64,000 bases of DNA from the human T2T-CHM13v2.0 reference genome, Homo sapiens. Below the pieces are notes generated by a model. It saw nothing but the letters and a program-made list of their open reading frames with translations, was not told the DNA's origin and searched no databases. Every line of letters starts with the position of its first letter. Positions within the stretch are counted from its first letter, which is position 1. Of this stretch, positions 1-13,600 are shown in pieces. A program made the translations under genes and the position numbers. The stretch lies in NCBI RefSeq assembly GCF_009914755.1, contig NC_060948.1, one strand, 5' to 3'.

Positions 1-216
1 TGGAATCTAATGGAATGGAATTAAATGGAAATGAATCAAATTGAATAGCACGGAATTGAATTGAATGGAATGGAATGCAATGGAATCTAATGAAACGGAA
101 AGGAAAGGAATGGAATGGAATGGAATGGGCTGGAATGGAAAGGAATCGAAACGAATGGAATGGAATCGAACTGAAGAGACTGGAATGGAATGCACTGGAA
201 TGGAAGGGAGTGTAAT

Positions 217-231
217 GGAAGGTTCTCGAAA
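217..231. promoter_or_regulatory. Canonical heat-shock element match HSE-A (gGAAggTTCtcGAAa); intact in 14 of 18 monomers
   Basis: Exact nGAAnnTTCnnGAAn match; broken in U4/U5 (GAC) and U11/U18 (TTG). HSF1 binding at this site is inferred, not shown. Confidence 0.5.
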
Positions 232-1242
232 AAAATGGAATCGAATGGAATGGAATTGAATGGAACGGAATAGAGTCGAATGGAATTGAATGGAATGGAA
301 TGGACTAGAGTGAAATGGAATCGAACCACAAGGAATGGACAGGAATAGAATGGTCTCGAATTGAATGGAATCGTATGGAATGGCATCAAACGGAATGGAA
401 TGGACAGCCACGGAATGGAATGCACTCGAATGCAATGGAGTCGAAACTAATGGACTGGAATAGAATGGACTCGACTGGTACGGACTCCAATGGAATGGAA
501 TCGAATGGAAGGGAATCGAACGGAATGGACTCGAAGGGAAAAGACTGCAATGGAAAGGTCTCGAATGGAATGGAAATTAATGGAATGGAATGGAATCGAA
601 TGAAATGGAGTCAAAAGGAATGGAATCGAATGGCAAGAAATCGAATGTAATGGAATCGCAAGGAATTGATGTGAACGGAACGGAATGGAATGGAATCCAA
701 AGGAATGGAATAGAATGGAATGGAATCGAATGGAAAGGACTCGAATGGCAATCACTCGAATAGAATGCAATTTAATAAAATAGGATCAAATGTAATGGAA
801 TGGAATGGAAAGGAATCGAAACGAAAGGAATGGAGACAGATGGAATGGAATGGAACAGAGAGCAATGGTATAGAATGGAATGGAATCATCTGGAATGGAA
901 TTGAATGGAATGGAATAATATGAAATGGAATGGAATGGAATGGAATGGAATGCCCTTGAATTAAATGGACTGGAATGGAATGGACTCGAACAGAGTGGAA
1001 TGGAAAGTGTTGAGATAGAATGGAATGGACTCCTTTGGAATGGTCTAGTATGCAATGCAATCGACTGTCAGGGAATCAAAAGGAATGTAATCGAATGGAT
1101 TGGACTGGAATGCAATGGACTCGAATAGATTGGAAACGGGATGCAAAGGAATGGAATGGAATAGTATGGAATGGAATGGAAAGGAATGGAGTGGAATAGA
1201 CTAGAGTGGAATGGAATGGACTGGAAAGCAATGGACTGGAAT

Positions 1243-1257
1243 GGAACTTTCTTGAAT
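1243..1257. promoter_or_regulatory. Canonical heat-shock element match HSE-B (gGAActTTCttGAAt); intact in 16 of 18 monomers
   Basis: Exact nGAAnnTTCnnGAAn match; broken in U2 (ggatctttc, ~4,807) and U3 (ttcttggat, ~8,361). Function inferred. Confidence 0.5.
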
Positions 1258-2720
1258 GGACTGGAATCAAACGGAATGGAATGCAATGCAATCAAATGGC
1301 ATGGAATAAAATAGAATGAAAGAGAATCAAATGGAATTGAATCGAATGGAATCGAATGGATTGTAAAGGAATAGAATGGAATGGAATGGAATTGACTCAA
1401 ATGGAATGGACTAGAATGGAATGGATTCGAATGGAAGGCAAAGGAATGGAATCTATTGGAATGGACTGTAATGGAATGGAATGGAAGGGATTGGAATGGA
1501 CTCGAATGGAATGGACTGCAATAGAAAGGATTCGAATGGAATGAAAAAGAATTGAATGGAATAGAACAGAATGGAATCAAATCGAATGAAATGGAATGGA
1601 ATAGAAAGGAATGGAATGAAATGGAATGGAAAGGATTCGAATGGAATGCAATCGAATGGAATGGAATCGAACGGAATGGAATAAAATGGAAGAAAACTGG
1701 CAAGAAATGGAATCGAAATGAATGGAGTGTTATGGAACGGACTCAAAAGGAATTGAATGTAATAGAATGGAGTGGAGTGGACTCGAATATAATGGACTGG
1801 AATGGAATGAAATCACATGGAATGGGAACGAATGGAATGGAATGGAAAGGAATGGAATCGAATGGAAAGGAATCGAATGGAAGGGAATGAAATTGAATCA
1901 ACAGGAATGGAAGGGAATAGAATAGACGGTAATGGAATGGACTCGAATAGAATGGACACGAATGCTCAAATTGAATGGATTCGAATGGAATGGAAACGAA
2001 AGGAATGTCATCGAATGGAATTGAATCGATTGGAATGAAATCGCATAGAATGGAGTGGAATCAAATGGAATTGAATCGAAAGGAAAGGAAGCGAATGGAC
2101 TGAAATGAAATGGAATGGAATTGAATGGAAAGTAATGCAATGGAATAGAATGGAACGAAATTTCACGGAATGGAATCAAACTGAATGGAATCAAATCAAT
2201 GGAATCTAATCAAATGGAATGGAAAGGAATTGAATGGAGTAGATTGGATTGGATGGGATTGGAATGAAATGTACTGGAAAGGACTCGAATTTCATGAAAC
2301 GGAATGGAATGAATTGGAACGGAATGGACTCGAATGGAATGGAATGTCATGGAATGGCATCGAATGGAATGGCATCAAATGGAATGGAATCGAATGCAAT
2401 GGAATGTTATGGAATGGAATGGAATGCATTGGAATGGAATGTCCTCTAATGGAATGGATTCGAGTGGAATGGAATCGAATATAATGGAGTCGAATGAAAT
2501 GGAATTGAAAGGAATGGGATCGAATAGAATGGAATATACTGGAATGTAATGTAATGAACACGAATGTAATTGACTGGAATGGAATGTACATGAATGGAAG
2601 GTAATCGAATGGAAAGTAATCCAATGGAATAGAATCTAATGCAATAAAACCGAATCAGATAGAGTAGAATGTAATGGAATGGAGTGCAGTGCAATGGAAT
2701 GGAATGGAATTGAATGCAAT

Positions 2721-2770
2721 GGAATGGAATGGAATGGAATGGAATGGAATGGAATGGAATGGAATGGAAT
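2721..2770 (+). repeat. Perfect (GGAAT)10 microsatellite-like tract, length-variable between monomers
   Basis: Ten uninterrupted GGAAT in U1; 9 in U2 and U8, 7 in U5, 8 in U12 and U15 before the gggat interruption. Confidence 0.85.
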
Positions 2771-3086
2771 GGTATGGAAAGGATAGTAATGGACTGGAGT
2801 GAAATGGACTGGAAAGGAATGGACTCAAATTGAAAGGGCTCGAAAGGAATGGAGTCAAATGGAATGGTCTGGAATGGAATGAACACGAATGTAATGCAAT
2901 CCAATAGAATGGAATCGAATGGCATGGAATATAAAGAAATGGAATCGAAGAGAATGGAAACAAATGGAATGGAATTGAATGGAATGGAATTGAATGGAAT
3001 GGGAACGAATGGAGTGAAATTGTATGCAGTAGAAGGGAATAGAATGGAATGCAAGCGAAAGGAAAGGAATGGATTGGAATGGAATG

Positions 3087-3130
3087 GAATTCATTGGAAT
3101 GGAAGGGAATGTAGTGTAATGGACAGGCCT
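3087..3130. other. Diagnostic once-per-monomer EcoRI (GAATTC 3087-3092) and HaeIII/StuI (AGGCCT 3125-3130) sites
   Basis: Read directly; each site is present in 16 of 18 monomers. These cuts define the classical male-specific ~3.4-3.5-kb DYZ1 band. Confidence 0.85.
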
Positions 3131-3500
3131 GGAATAAAGTGGAATGCTACGGTCTCGAATGGAATAAAAATGTATGGAATGGAATGCAATGAAACGGAAT
3201 CGAATGTCATAGAATGTAATGGAATGCAACAAAATGGAATCCAAAATCATTGACTGGAAAGGCTGGGTGTCGAAAGGAATTGACTCCAATGGAATGGAAT
3301 CGAATGGAATGGAAGTGAATAGAATCGAACTAAATCGAATGGAATGGAATTGATAGGAACGGAATGGAAAGGAATGCAATGATTTGGCATGGAATGGAAT
3401 CGAATGGCATCGAATGGAATGGAATGGAATGCAATGGAATGGAATGTATTAGAATGGAATGAACTTTAATGGAATGTACTCGAATGGATTCGACTGGAAT

Positions 3501-3515
3501 GGAATGTTCTGGAAG
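3501..3515. promoter_or_regulatory. Canonical heat-shock element match HSE-C (gGAAtgTTCtgGAAg); intact in all 18 monomers
   Basis: Exact nGAAnnTTCnnGAAn match at the same position in every monomer. Function inferred. Confidence 0.5.
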
Positions 3516-3570
3516 TGAATGGACTCCAATGGAATGGATTCAAAAGGAATGGAATCGTACGGAATGGAAT

Positions 3571-6500
3571 CTAATGGAATGGAATTAAATGGAAATGAAT
3601 CAAATTGAATAGCACGGAATTGAATTGAATGGAATGGAATGCAATGGAATCTAATGAAACGGAAAGGAAAGGAATGGAATGGAATGGAATGGGCTGGAAT
3701 GGAAAGGAATCGAAACGAATGGAATGGAATCGAACTGAAGAGACTGGAATGGAATGCACTGGAATGGAAGGGAGTGTAATGGAAGGTTCTCGAAAAAAAT
3801 GGAATCGAATGGAATGGAATTGAATGGAACGGAATAGAGTCGAATGGAATTGAATGGAATGGAATGGACTAGAGTGAAATGGAATCGAACCACAAGGAAT
3901 GGACAGGAATAGAATGGTCTCGAATTGAATGGAATCGTATGGAATGGCATCAAACGGAATGGAATGGACAGCCACGGAATGGAATGCACTCGAATGCAAT
4001 GGAGTCGAAACTAATGGACTGGAATAGAATGGACTCGACTGGTACGGACTCCAATGGAATGGAATCGAATGGAAGGGAATCGAACGGAATGGACTCGAAG
4101 GGAAAAGACTGCAATGGAAAGGTCTCGAATGGAATGGAAATTAATGGAATGGAATGGAATCGAATGAAATGGAGTCAAAAGGAATGGAATCGAATGGCAA
4201 GAAATCGAATGTAATGGAATCGCAAGGAATTGATGTGAACGGAACGGAATGGAATGGAATCCAAAGGAATGGAATAGAATGGAATGGAATCGAATGGAAA
4301 GGACTCGAATGGAAATCACTCGAATAGAATGCAATTTAATAAAATAGGATCAAATGTAATGGAATGGAATGGAAAGGAATCGAAACGAAAGAAATGGAGA
4401 CAGATGGAATGGAATAGAACAGAGAGCAATGGTATAGAATGGAATGGAATCATCTGGAATGGAATTGAATGGAATGGAATAATATGAAATGGAATGGAAT
4501 GGAATGGAATGGAATGCCCTTGAATTAAATGGACTGGAATGGAATGGACTCGAACAGAGTGGAATGGAAAGTGTTGAGATAGAATGGAATGGACTCCTTT
4601 GGAATGGTGTAGTATGCAATGCAATCGACTGGCAGGGAATCAAAAGGAATGTAATGGAATGGACTGGACTGGAATGCAATGGACTCGAATAGATTGGAAA
4701 CGGAATGCAAAGGAATGGAATGGAATAGTATGGAATGGAATGGAAAGGAATGGAGTGGAATAGACTAGAGTGGAATGGAATGGACTGGAAAGCAACGGAC
4801 TGGAATGGATCTTTCTTGAATGGACTGGAATCAATCGGAATGGAATGCAATGCAATCAAATGGCATGGAATAAAATAGAATGAAAGAGAATCAAATGGAA
4901 TTGAATCGAATGGAATCGAATGGATTGGAAAGGAATAGAATGGAATGGAATGGAATTGACTCAAATGGAATGGACTAGAATGGAATGGATTCGAATGGAA
5001 GGCAAAGGAATGGAATCTATTGGAATGGACTGTAATGGAATGGAATGGAAGGGATTGGAATGGACTCGAATGGAATGGACTGCAATAGAAAGGATTCGAA
5101 TGGAATGAAAAAGAATTGAATGGAATAGAACAGAATGGAATCAAATCGAATGAAATGGAATGGAATAGAAAGGAATGGAATGAAATGGAATGGAAAGGAT
5201 TCGAATGGAATGCAATCGAATGGAATGGAATCGAACGGAATGGAATAAAATGGAAGAAAACTGGCAAGAAATGGAATCGAAATGAATGGAGAGTTATGGA
5301 ACGGACTCAAAAGGAATTGAATGTAATAGAATGGAGTGGAGTGGACTCGAATATAATGGACTGGAATGGAATGAAATCACATGGAATGGGAACGAATGGA
5401 ATGGAATGGAAAGGAATGGAATCGAATGGAAAGGAATCGAATGGAAGGGAATGAAATTGAATCAACAGGAATGGAAGGGAATAGAATAGACGGTAATGGA
5501 ATGGACTCGAATAGAATGGACACGAATGCTCAAATTGAATGGACTCGAATGGAATGGAAACGAAAGGAATGTCATCGAATGGAATTGAATCGATTGGAAT
5601 GAAATCGCATAGAATGGAGTGGAATCAAATGGAATTGAATCGAAAGGAAAGGAAGCGAATGGACTGAAATGAAATGGAATGGAATTGAATGGAAAGTAAT
5701 GCAATGGAATAGAATGGAACGAAATTTCACGGAATGGAATCAAACTGAATGGAATCAAATCAATGGAATCCAATCAAATGGAATGGAGTAGATTGGATTG
5801 GATGGGATTGGAATGAAATGTACTGGAAAGGACTCGAATTTCATGAAACGGAATGCAATGAATTGGAACGGAATGGACTCGAATGGAATGGAATGTCATA
5901 GAATGGCATCAAATGGATTGGCATCAAATGGAATGGAATAGAATGCAATAGAATGCTATGGAATGGAATGGAATGCATTGGAATGGAATGTCCTCTAATG
6001 GAATGGATTCGAGTGGAATGGAATCGAATATAATGGAGTCGAATGAAATGGAATTGAAAGGAATGGGATCGAATACAATGGAATATACTGGAATGTAATG
6101 TAATGAACTCGAATGTAATTGACTGGAATGGAATGTACATGAATGGAATGTAATCGAATGGAAAGTAATCCAATGGAATAGAATCTAATGCAATAAAATC
6201 GACTCAGATAGAGTAGAATGTAATGGAATGGAGTGCAGTGCAATGGAATGGAATGGAATGGAATGCAATGGAATGGAATGGAATGGAATGGAATGGAATG
6301 GAATGGAATGGAATGGGATGGAATGGTATGGAATGGATAGTAATGGACTGGAGTGAAATGGACTGGAATGGAATGGACTCAAATTGAAAGGGCTAGAAAG
6401 GAATGGAGTCAAATGGAATGGTCTGGAATGGAATGAACACGAATGTAATGCAATCCAATAGAATGGAATCGAATGGCATGGAATATAAAGAAATGGAATC

Positions 6501-7124
6501 GAAGAGAATGGAAACAAATGGAATGGAATTGAATGGAATGGAATTGAATGGAATGGGAACGAATGGAGTGAAATTGTATGCAGTAGAAGGGAATAGAATG
6601 GAATGCAAGCGAAAGGAAAGGAATGGATTGGAATGGAATGGAATTCATTGGAATGGAAGGGAATGTAGTGTAATGGACAGGCCTGGAATAAAGTGGAATG
6701 CTACGGTCTCGAATGGAATAAAAATGTATGGAATGGAAGGCAATGAAACGGAATCGAATGTCATAGAATGTAATGGAATGCAAAAAAATGGAATCCAAAA
6801 TCATTGACTGGAAAGGCTGGGTGTCGAAAGGAATTGACTGCAATGGAATGGAATCGAATGGAATGGAAGTGAATAGAATCGAACTAAATCGAATGGAATG
6901 GAATTGATAGGAATGGAATGGAAAGGAATGCAATGATTTGGCATGGAATGGAATCGAATGGCATAGAATGGAATGGAATGGAATGCAATGGAATGGAATG
7001 TATTAGAATGTAATGAACATTAATGGAATGTACTCGAATGGATTCGACTGGAATGGAATGTTCTGGAAGTGAATGGACTCCAATGGAATGGATTCGAAAG
7101 GAATGGAATCGAACGGAATGGATT
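3571..7124 (+). repeat. DYZ1 monomer U2 (3,554 bp; 15-bp deletion near 5,780)
   Basis: Anchors at 3571 and 7125; caatcaaatggaatggagtagatt lacks three pentamers relative to U1. Confidence 0.9.
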
Positions 7125-10100
7125 CTAATGGAATGGAATTAAATGGAAATGAATCAAATTGAATAGCACGGAATTGAATTGAATGGAATCGAATGCAATG
7201 GAATCTAATGAAACGGAAAGGAAAGAATGGAATGGAATAGAATGGGCTGGAATGGAAAGGAATCGAAACTAATGGAATGGAATCGAACTGAAGAGACTGG
7301 AATGGAATGCACTGGAATGGAAGGGAGTGTAATGGAAGGTTCTCGAAAATAATGGAATCGAATGGAATGGAATTGAATGGAACGGAATAGAGTCGAATGG
7401 AATTGAATGGAATGGAATGGACTAGAGTGAAATGGAATCGAACCACAAGGAATGGACATGAATAGAATGGTCTCGAATTGAATGGAATCGTATGGAATGG
7501 CATCAAACGGAATGGAATGGACAGCCACGGAATGGAATGCACTCGAATGCAATGGAGTCGAAACTAATGGACTGGAATAGAATGGACTCGACTGGTACGG
7601 ACTCCAATGGAATGGAATCGAATGGAAGGGAATCGAACGGAATGGACTCGAAGGGAAAAGACTGCAATGGAAAGGTCTCGAATGGAATGGAAATTAATGG
7701 GATGGAATGGAATCGAATGAAATGGAGTCAAAAGGAATGGAATCGAATGGTAAGAAATTGAATGTAATGGAATCGCAAGGAATTGATGTGAACGGAACGG
7801 AATGGAATGGAATCCAAAGGAATGGAATAGAATGGAATGGAATCGAATGGAAAGGACTCGAATGGAAATCACTCGAATAGAATGCAATTTAATAAAATAG
7901 GATCAAATGTAATGGAATGGAATGGAAAGGAATCGAAACGAAAGGAATGGAGACAGATGGAATGGAATGGAACAGAGAGCAATGGTATAGAATGGAATGG
8001 AATCATCTGGAATGGAATTGAATGGAATGGAATAATATGAAATGGAATGGAATGGAATGGAATGCCCTTGAATTAAATGGACTGGAATGGAATGGACTCG
8101 AACAGAGTGGAATGGAAAGTGTTGAAATAGAATGGAATGGACTCCTTTGGAATGGTCTAGTATGCAATGCAATCGACTGGCAGGGAATCAAAAGGAATGT
8201 CATCGAATGGATTGGACTGGAATGCAATGGACTCGAATAGATTGGAAACGGAATGCAAAGGAATGGAATGGAATAGTATGGAATGCAATGGAAGGGAATG
8301 GAGTGGAATAGACTAGAGTGGAATGGAATGGACTGGAAAGCAACGGACTGGAATGGAACTTTCTTGGATGGACTGGAATCAAACGGAATGGAATGCAATG
8401 CAATCAAATGGCATGGAATAAAATAGAATGAAAGAGAATCAAATGGAATTGAATCGAATGGAATCGAATGGATTGGAAAGGAATAGAATGGAATGGAATG
8501 GAATTGACTCAAATGGAATGGACTAGAATGGAATGGATTCGAATGGAAGGCAAAGGAATGGAATCTATTGGAATGGACTGTAATGGAATGGAATGGAAGG
8601 GATTGGAATGGACTCGAATGGAATGGACTGCAATAGAAAGGATTCGAATGGAATGAAAAAGAATTGAATGGAATAGAACAGAATGGAATCAAATCGAATG
8701 AAATGGAATGGAAAAGAAAGGAATGGAATGAAATGGAATGGAAAGGATTCGAATGGAATGCAATCGAATGGAATGGAATCGAGTGGAATGGAATAAAATG
8801 GAAGAAAACTGGCAAGAAATGGAATCGAAATGAATGGAGTGTTATGGAACGGACTCAAAAGGAATTGAATGTAATAGAATGGAGTGGAGTGGAATCGAAT
8901 ATAATTGACTGGAATGGAATGAAATCACATGGAATGGGAACGAATGGAATGGAATGGAAAGGAATGGAATCGAATGGAAAGGAATCGAATGGAAGGGAAT
9001 GAAATTGAATCAACACGAATGGAAGGGAATAGAATAGACTGTAATGGAATGGACTCGAATAGAATGGACACGAATGCTCAAATTAAATGGACTCGAATGG
9101 AATGGAAACGAAAGGAATGTCATCGGATGGAATTGAATCGATTGTAATGAAATCGCATAGAATGGAGTGGAATCAAATGGAATTGAATCGAAAGGAAAGG
9201 AAGCGAATGGACTGAAATGAAATGGAATGGAATTGAATGGAAAGTAATGCAATGGAATAGAATGGAACGAAATTTCACGGAATGGAATCAAACTGAATGG
9301 AATCAAATCAATGGAATCAAATCAAATGGAATGGAAAGGAATTGAATGGAGTAGATGGGATTGGATGGGATTGGAATGAAATGTACTGGAAAGGACTCGA
9401 ATTTCATGAAACGGAATGGAATGAATTGGAACGGAATGGACTCGAATGGAATGGAATGTCATGGGATGGCATCAAATGGAATGGCATCAAATGGAATGGA
9501 ATCGAATGCAATGGAATGCTATGGAATGGAATGGAATGCATTGGAATGGAATGTCCTCTAATGGAATGGATTCGAGTGGAATGGAATTGAATATAATGGA
9601 GTCGAATGAAACGGAATTGAAAGGAATGGGATCGAATACAATGGAATATACTGGAATGTAACGTAATGAACTCGAATGTAATTGACTGGAATGGAATGTA
9701 CATGAATGGAATATAATCGAATGGAAAGTAATCCAATGGAATAGAATCTAATGCAATAAAATCGACTCAGATAGAGTAGAATGTAATGGAATGGAGTGCA
9801 GTGCAATGGAATGGAATGGAATGGAATGCAATTGAATGGAATGGAATGGAATGGAATGGGATGGAATGGTATGTAATGGATAGTAATGGACTGGAGTGAA
9901 ATGGACTGGAAAGGAATGGACTCAAATTGAAAGGGCTCGAAAGGAATGGAGTCAAATGGAATGGTCTGGAATGGAATGAACACGAATGTAATGCAATCCA
10001 ATAGAATGGAATCGAATGGCATGGAATATAAAGAAATGGAATCGAAGAGAATGGAAACAAATGGAATGGAATTGAATGGAATGGAATTGAATGGAATGGG

Positions 10101-10667
10101 AACGAATGGAGTGAAATTGTATGCAGTAGAAGAGAATAGAATGGAATGCAAGCGAAAGGAAGGGAATGGATTGGAATGGAATGGAATTCATTGGAATGGA
10201 AGGGAATGTAGTGTAATGGACAGGCCTGGAATAAAGTGGAATGCTACGGTCTCGAATGGAATAAAAATGTATGGAATGGAATGCAATGAAACGGAATCGA
10301 ATGTCATAGAATGTAATGGAATGCAACAAAATGGAATCCAAAATCATTGACTGGAAAGGCTGGGTGTCGAAAGGAATTGACTCCAATGGAATGGAATCGA
10401 ATGGAATGGAAGTGAATAGAATCGAACTAAATCGAATGGAATGGAATTGATAGGAACGGAATGGAAAGGAATGCAATGATTTGGCATGGAATGGAATCGA
10501 ATGGCATCGAATGGAATGGAATGGAATGCAATGGAATGGAATGTATTAGAATGTAATGAACATTAATGGAATGTACTCGAATGGATTCGACTGGAATGGA
10601 ATGTTCTGGAAGTGAATGGACTCCAATGGAATGGATTCGAAAGGAATGGAATCGAACGGAATGGAAT
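7125..10667 (+). repeat. DYZ1 monomer U3 (3,543 bp; 1-bp-deletion clade)
   Basis: Anchors at 7125 and 10668; ggaaaggaaagaatgg at ~7,220. Confidence 0.9.
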
Positions 10668-13600
10668 CTAATGGAATGGAATTAAATGGAAATGAATCAA
10701 ATTGAATAGCACGGAATTGAATTGAATGGAATCAAATGCAATGGAATCTAATGAAACGGAAAGGAAAGAATGGAATGGAATAGAATGGGCTGGAATGGAA
10801 AGGAATCGAAACGAATGGAATGGAATCGAACTGAAGAGACTGGAATGGAATGCACTGGAATGGAAGGGAGTGTAATGGAAGGTTCTCGACAAAAATGGAA
10901 TCGAATGGAATGGAATTGATTGGAACGGAATAGAGTCGAATGGAATTGAATGGAATGGAATGGACTAGAGTGAAATGGAATCGAACCACAAGGAATGGAC
11001 AGGAATAGAATGGTCTCGAATTGAATGGAATCGTATGGAATGGCATCAAACGGAATGGAATGGACAGCCACGGAATGGAATGCACTCGAATGCAATGGAG
11101 TCGAAACTAATGGACTGGAATAGAATGGACTCGACTGGTACGGACTCCAATGGAATGGAATCGAATGGAAGGGAATCGAACGGAATGGACTCGAAGGGAA
11201 AAGACTGCAATGGAAAGGTCTCGAATGGAATGGAAATTAATGGAATGGAATGGAATCGAATGAAATGGAGTCAAAAGGAATGGAATCGAATGGCAAGAAA
11301 TCGAATGTAATGGAATCGCAAGGAATTGATGTGAACGGAACGGAATGGAATGGAATCCAAAGGAATGGAATAGAATGGAATGGAATCGAATGGAAAGGAC
11401 TCGAATGGAAATCACTCGAATAGAATGCAATTTAATAAAATAGGATCAAATGTAATAGAATGGAATGGAAAGGAATCGAAACGGAAGGAATGGAGACAGA
11501 TGGAATGGAATGGAACAGAGAGCAATGGTATAGAATGGAATGGAATCATCTGGAATGGAATTGAATGGAATGGAATAATATGAAATGGAATGGAATGGAA
11601 TGGAATGGAATGCCCTTGAATTAAATGGACTGGAATGGAATGGACTCGAACAGAGTGGAATGGAAAGTGTTGAGATAGAATGGAATGGACTCATTTGGAA
11701 TGGTGTAGTATGCAATGCAATCGACTGGCAGGGAATCAAAAGGAATGTAATCGAATGGATTGGACTGGAATGCAATGGATTCGAATAGATTGCAAACGGA
11801 ATGCAAAGGAATGGAATGGAATAGTATGGAATGGAATGGAAAGGAATGGAGTGGAATAGACTAGAGTGGAATGGAATGGACTGGAAAGCAATGGACTGGA
11901 ATGGAACTTTCTTGAATGGACTGGAATCAAACGGAATGGAATGCAATGCAATCAAATGGCATGGAATAAAATAGAATGAAAGAGAATCAAATGGAATTGA
12001 ATCGAATGGAATCGAATGGATTGGAAAGGAATAGAATGGAATGGAATGGAATTGACTCAAATGGAATGGACTAGAATGGAATGGATTCGAATGGAAGGCA
12101 AAGGAATGGAATCTATTGGAATGGACTGTAATGGAATGGAATGGAAGGGATTGGAATGGACTCGAATGGAATGGACTGCAATAGAAAGGATTCGAATGGA
12201 ATGAAAAAGAATTGAATGGAATAGAACAGAATGGAATCAAATCGAATGAAATGGAATGGAAAAGAAAGGAATGGAATGAAATGGAATGGAAAGGATTCGA
12301 ATGGAATGCAATCGAATGGAATGGAATCGAGTGGAATGGAATAAAATGGAAGAAAACTGGCAAGAAATGGAATCGAAATGAATGGAGTGTTATGGAACGG
12401 ACTCAAAAGGAATTGAATGTAATAGAATGGAGTGGAGTGGAATCGAATATAATGGACTGGAATGGAATGAAATCACATGGAATGGGAACGAATGGAATGG
12501 AATGGAAAGGAATGGAATCGAATGGAAAGGAATCGAATGGAAGGGAATGAAATTGAATCAACACGAATGGAAGGGAATAGAATAGACTGTAATGGAATGG
12601 ACTCGAATAGAATGGACACGAATGCTCAAATTAAATGGACTCGAATGGAATGGAAACGAAAGGAATGTCATCGGATGGAATTGAATCGATTGGAATGAAA
12701 TCGCATAGAATGGAGTGGAATCAAATGGAATTGAATCGAAAGGAAAGGAAGCGAATGGACTGAAATGAAATGGAATGGAATTGAATGGAAAGTAATGCAA
12801 TGGAATAGAATGGAACGAAATTTCACGGAATGGAATCAAACTGAATGGAATCAAATCAATGGAATCAAATCAAATGGAATGGAAAGGAATTGAATGGAGT
12901 AGATGGGATTGGATGGGATTGGAATGAAATGTACAGGAAAGGACTCGAATTTCATGAAACGGAATGGAATGAATTGGAACGGAATGGACTCGAATGGAAT
13001 GGAATGTCATGGGATGGCATCAAATGGAATGGCATCAAATGGAATGGAATCGAATGCAATGGAATGCTATGGAATGGAATGGAATGCATTGGAATGGAAT
13101 GTCCTCTAATGGAATGGATTCGAGTGGAATGGAATTGAATATAATGGAGTCGAATGAAACGGAATTGAAAGGAATGGGATCGAATACAATGGAATATACT
13201 GGAATGTAACGTAATGAACTCGAATGTAATTGACTGGAATGGAATGTACATGAATGGAATATAATCGAATGGAAAGTAATCCAATGGAATAGAATCTAAT
13301 GCAATAAAATCGACTCAGATAGAGTAGAATGTAATGGAATGGAGTGCAGTGCAATGGAATGGAATGGAATGGAATGCAATTGAATGGAATGGAATGGAAT
13401 GGAATGGGATGGAATGGTATGTAATGGATAGTAATGGACTGGAGTGAAATGGACTGGAAAGGAATGGACTCAAATTGAAAGGGCTCGAAAGGAATGGAGT
13501 CAAATGGAATGGTCTGGAATGGAATGAACACGAATGTAATGCAATCCAATAGAATGGAATCGAATGGCATGGAATATAAAGAAATGGAATCGAAGAGAAT

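Larger units (their letters stand above)
7..3570 (+). repeat. DYZ1 monomer U1 (3,564 bp; phase arbitrary, anchored on ctaatggaatggaattaaatgg)
   Basis: Anchor at 7 and 3571; ORF track offset of 3,564 (7 vs 3571, 315 vs 3879). Confidence 0.92.

Noticed and set aside
774-779. AATAAA polyadenylation-like hexamer in an AT-rich patch (further copies near 1,305, 1,680, 2,643, 3,133 and 3,163)
   Set aside because: AATAAA arises easily from ggaat followed by aaa. DYZ1-derived transcripts are reported in the literature, but no 3' end can be assigned from sequence alone.
2202-2212. GAATCTAATCA resembling the DUX4 motif TAAYBBAATCA
   Set aside because: It mismatches at the first core base and the site is polymorphic among monomers, so it is not supportable.
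2156-2299. Partial HSE-like strings gaaatttcacgga and gaatttcatgaa
   Set aside because: Only two correctly spaced nGAAn units each; not counted as canonical HSEs.
2721-2770. Similarity to the pathogenic (TGGAA)n repeat of SCA31
   Set aside because: Same pentamer, but here it is a short tract within constitutive satellite, not an intronic expansion.
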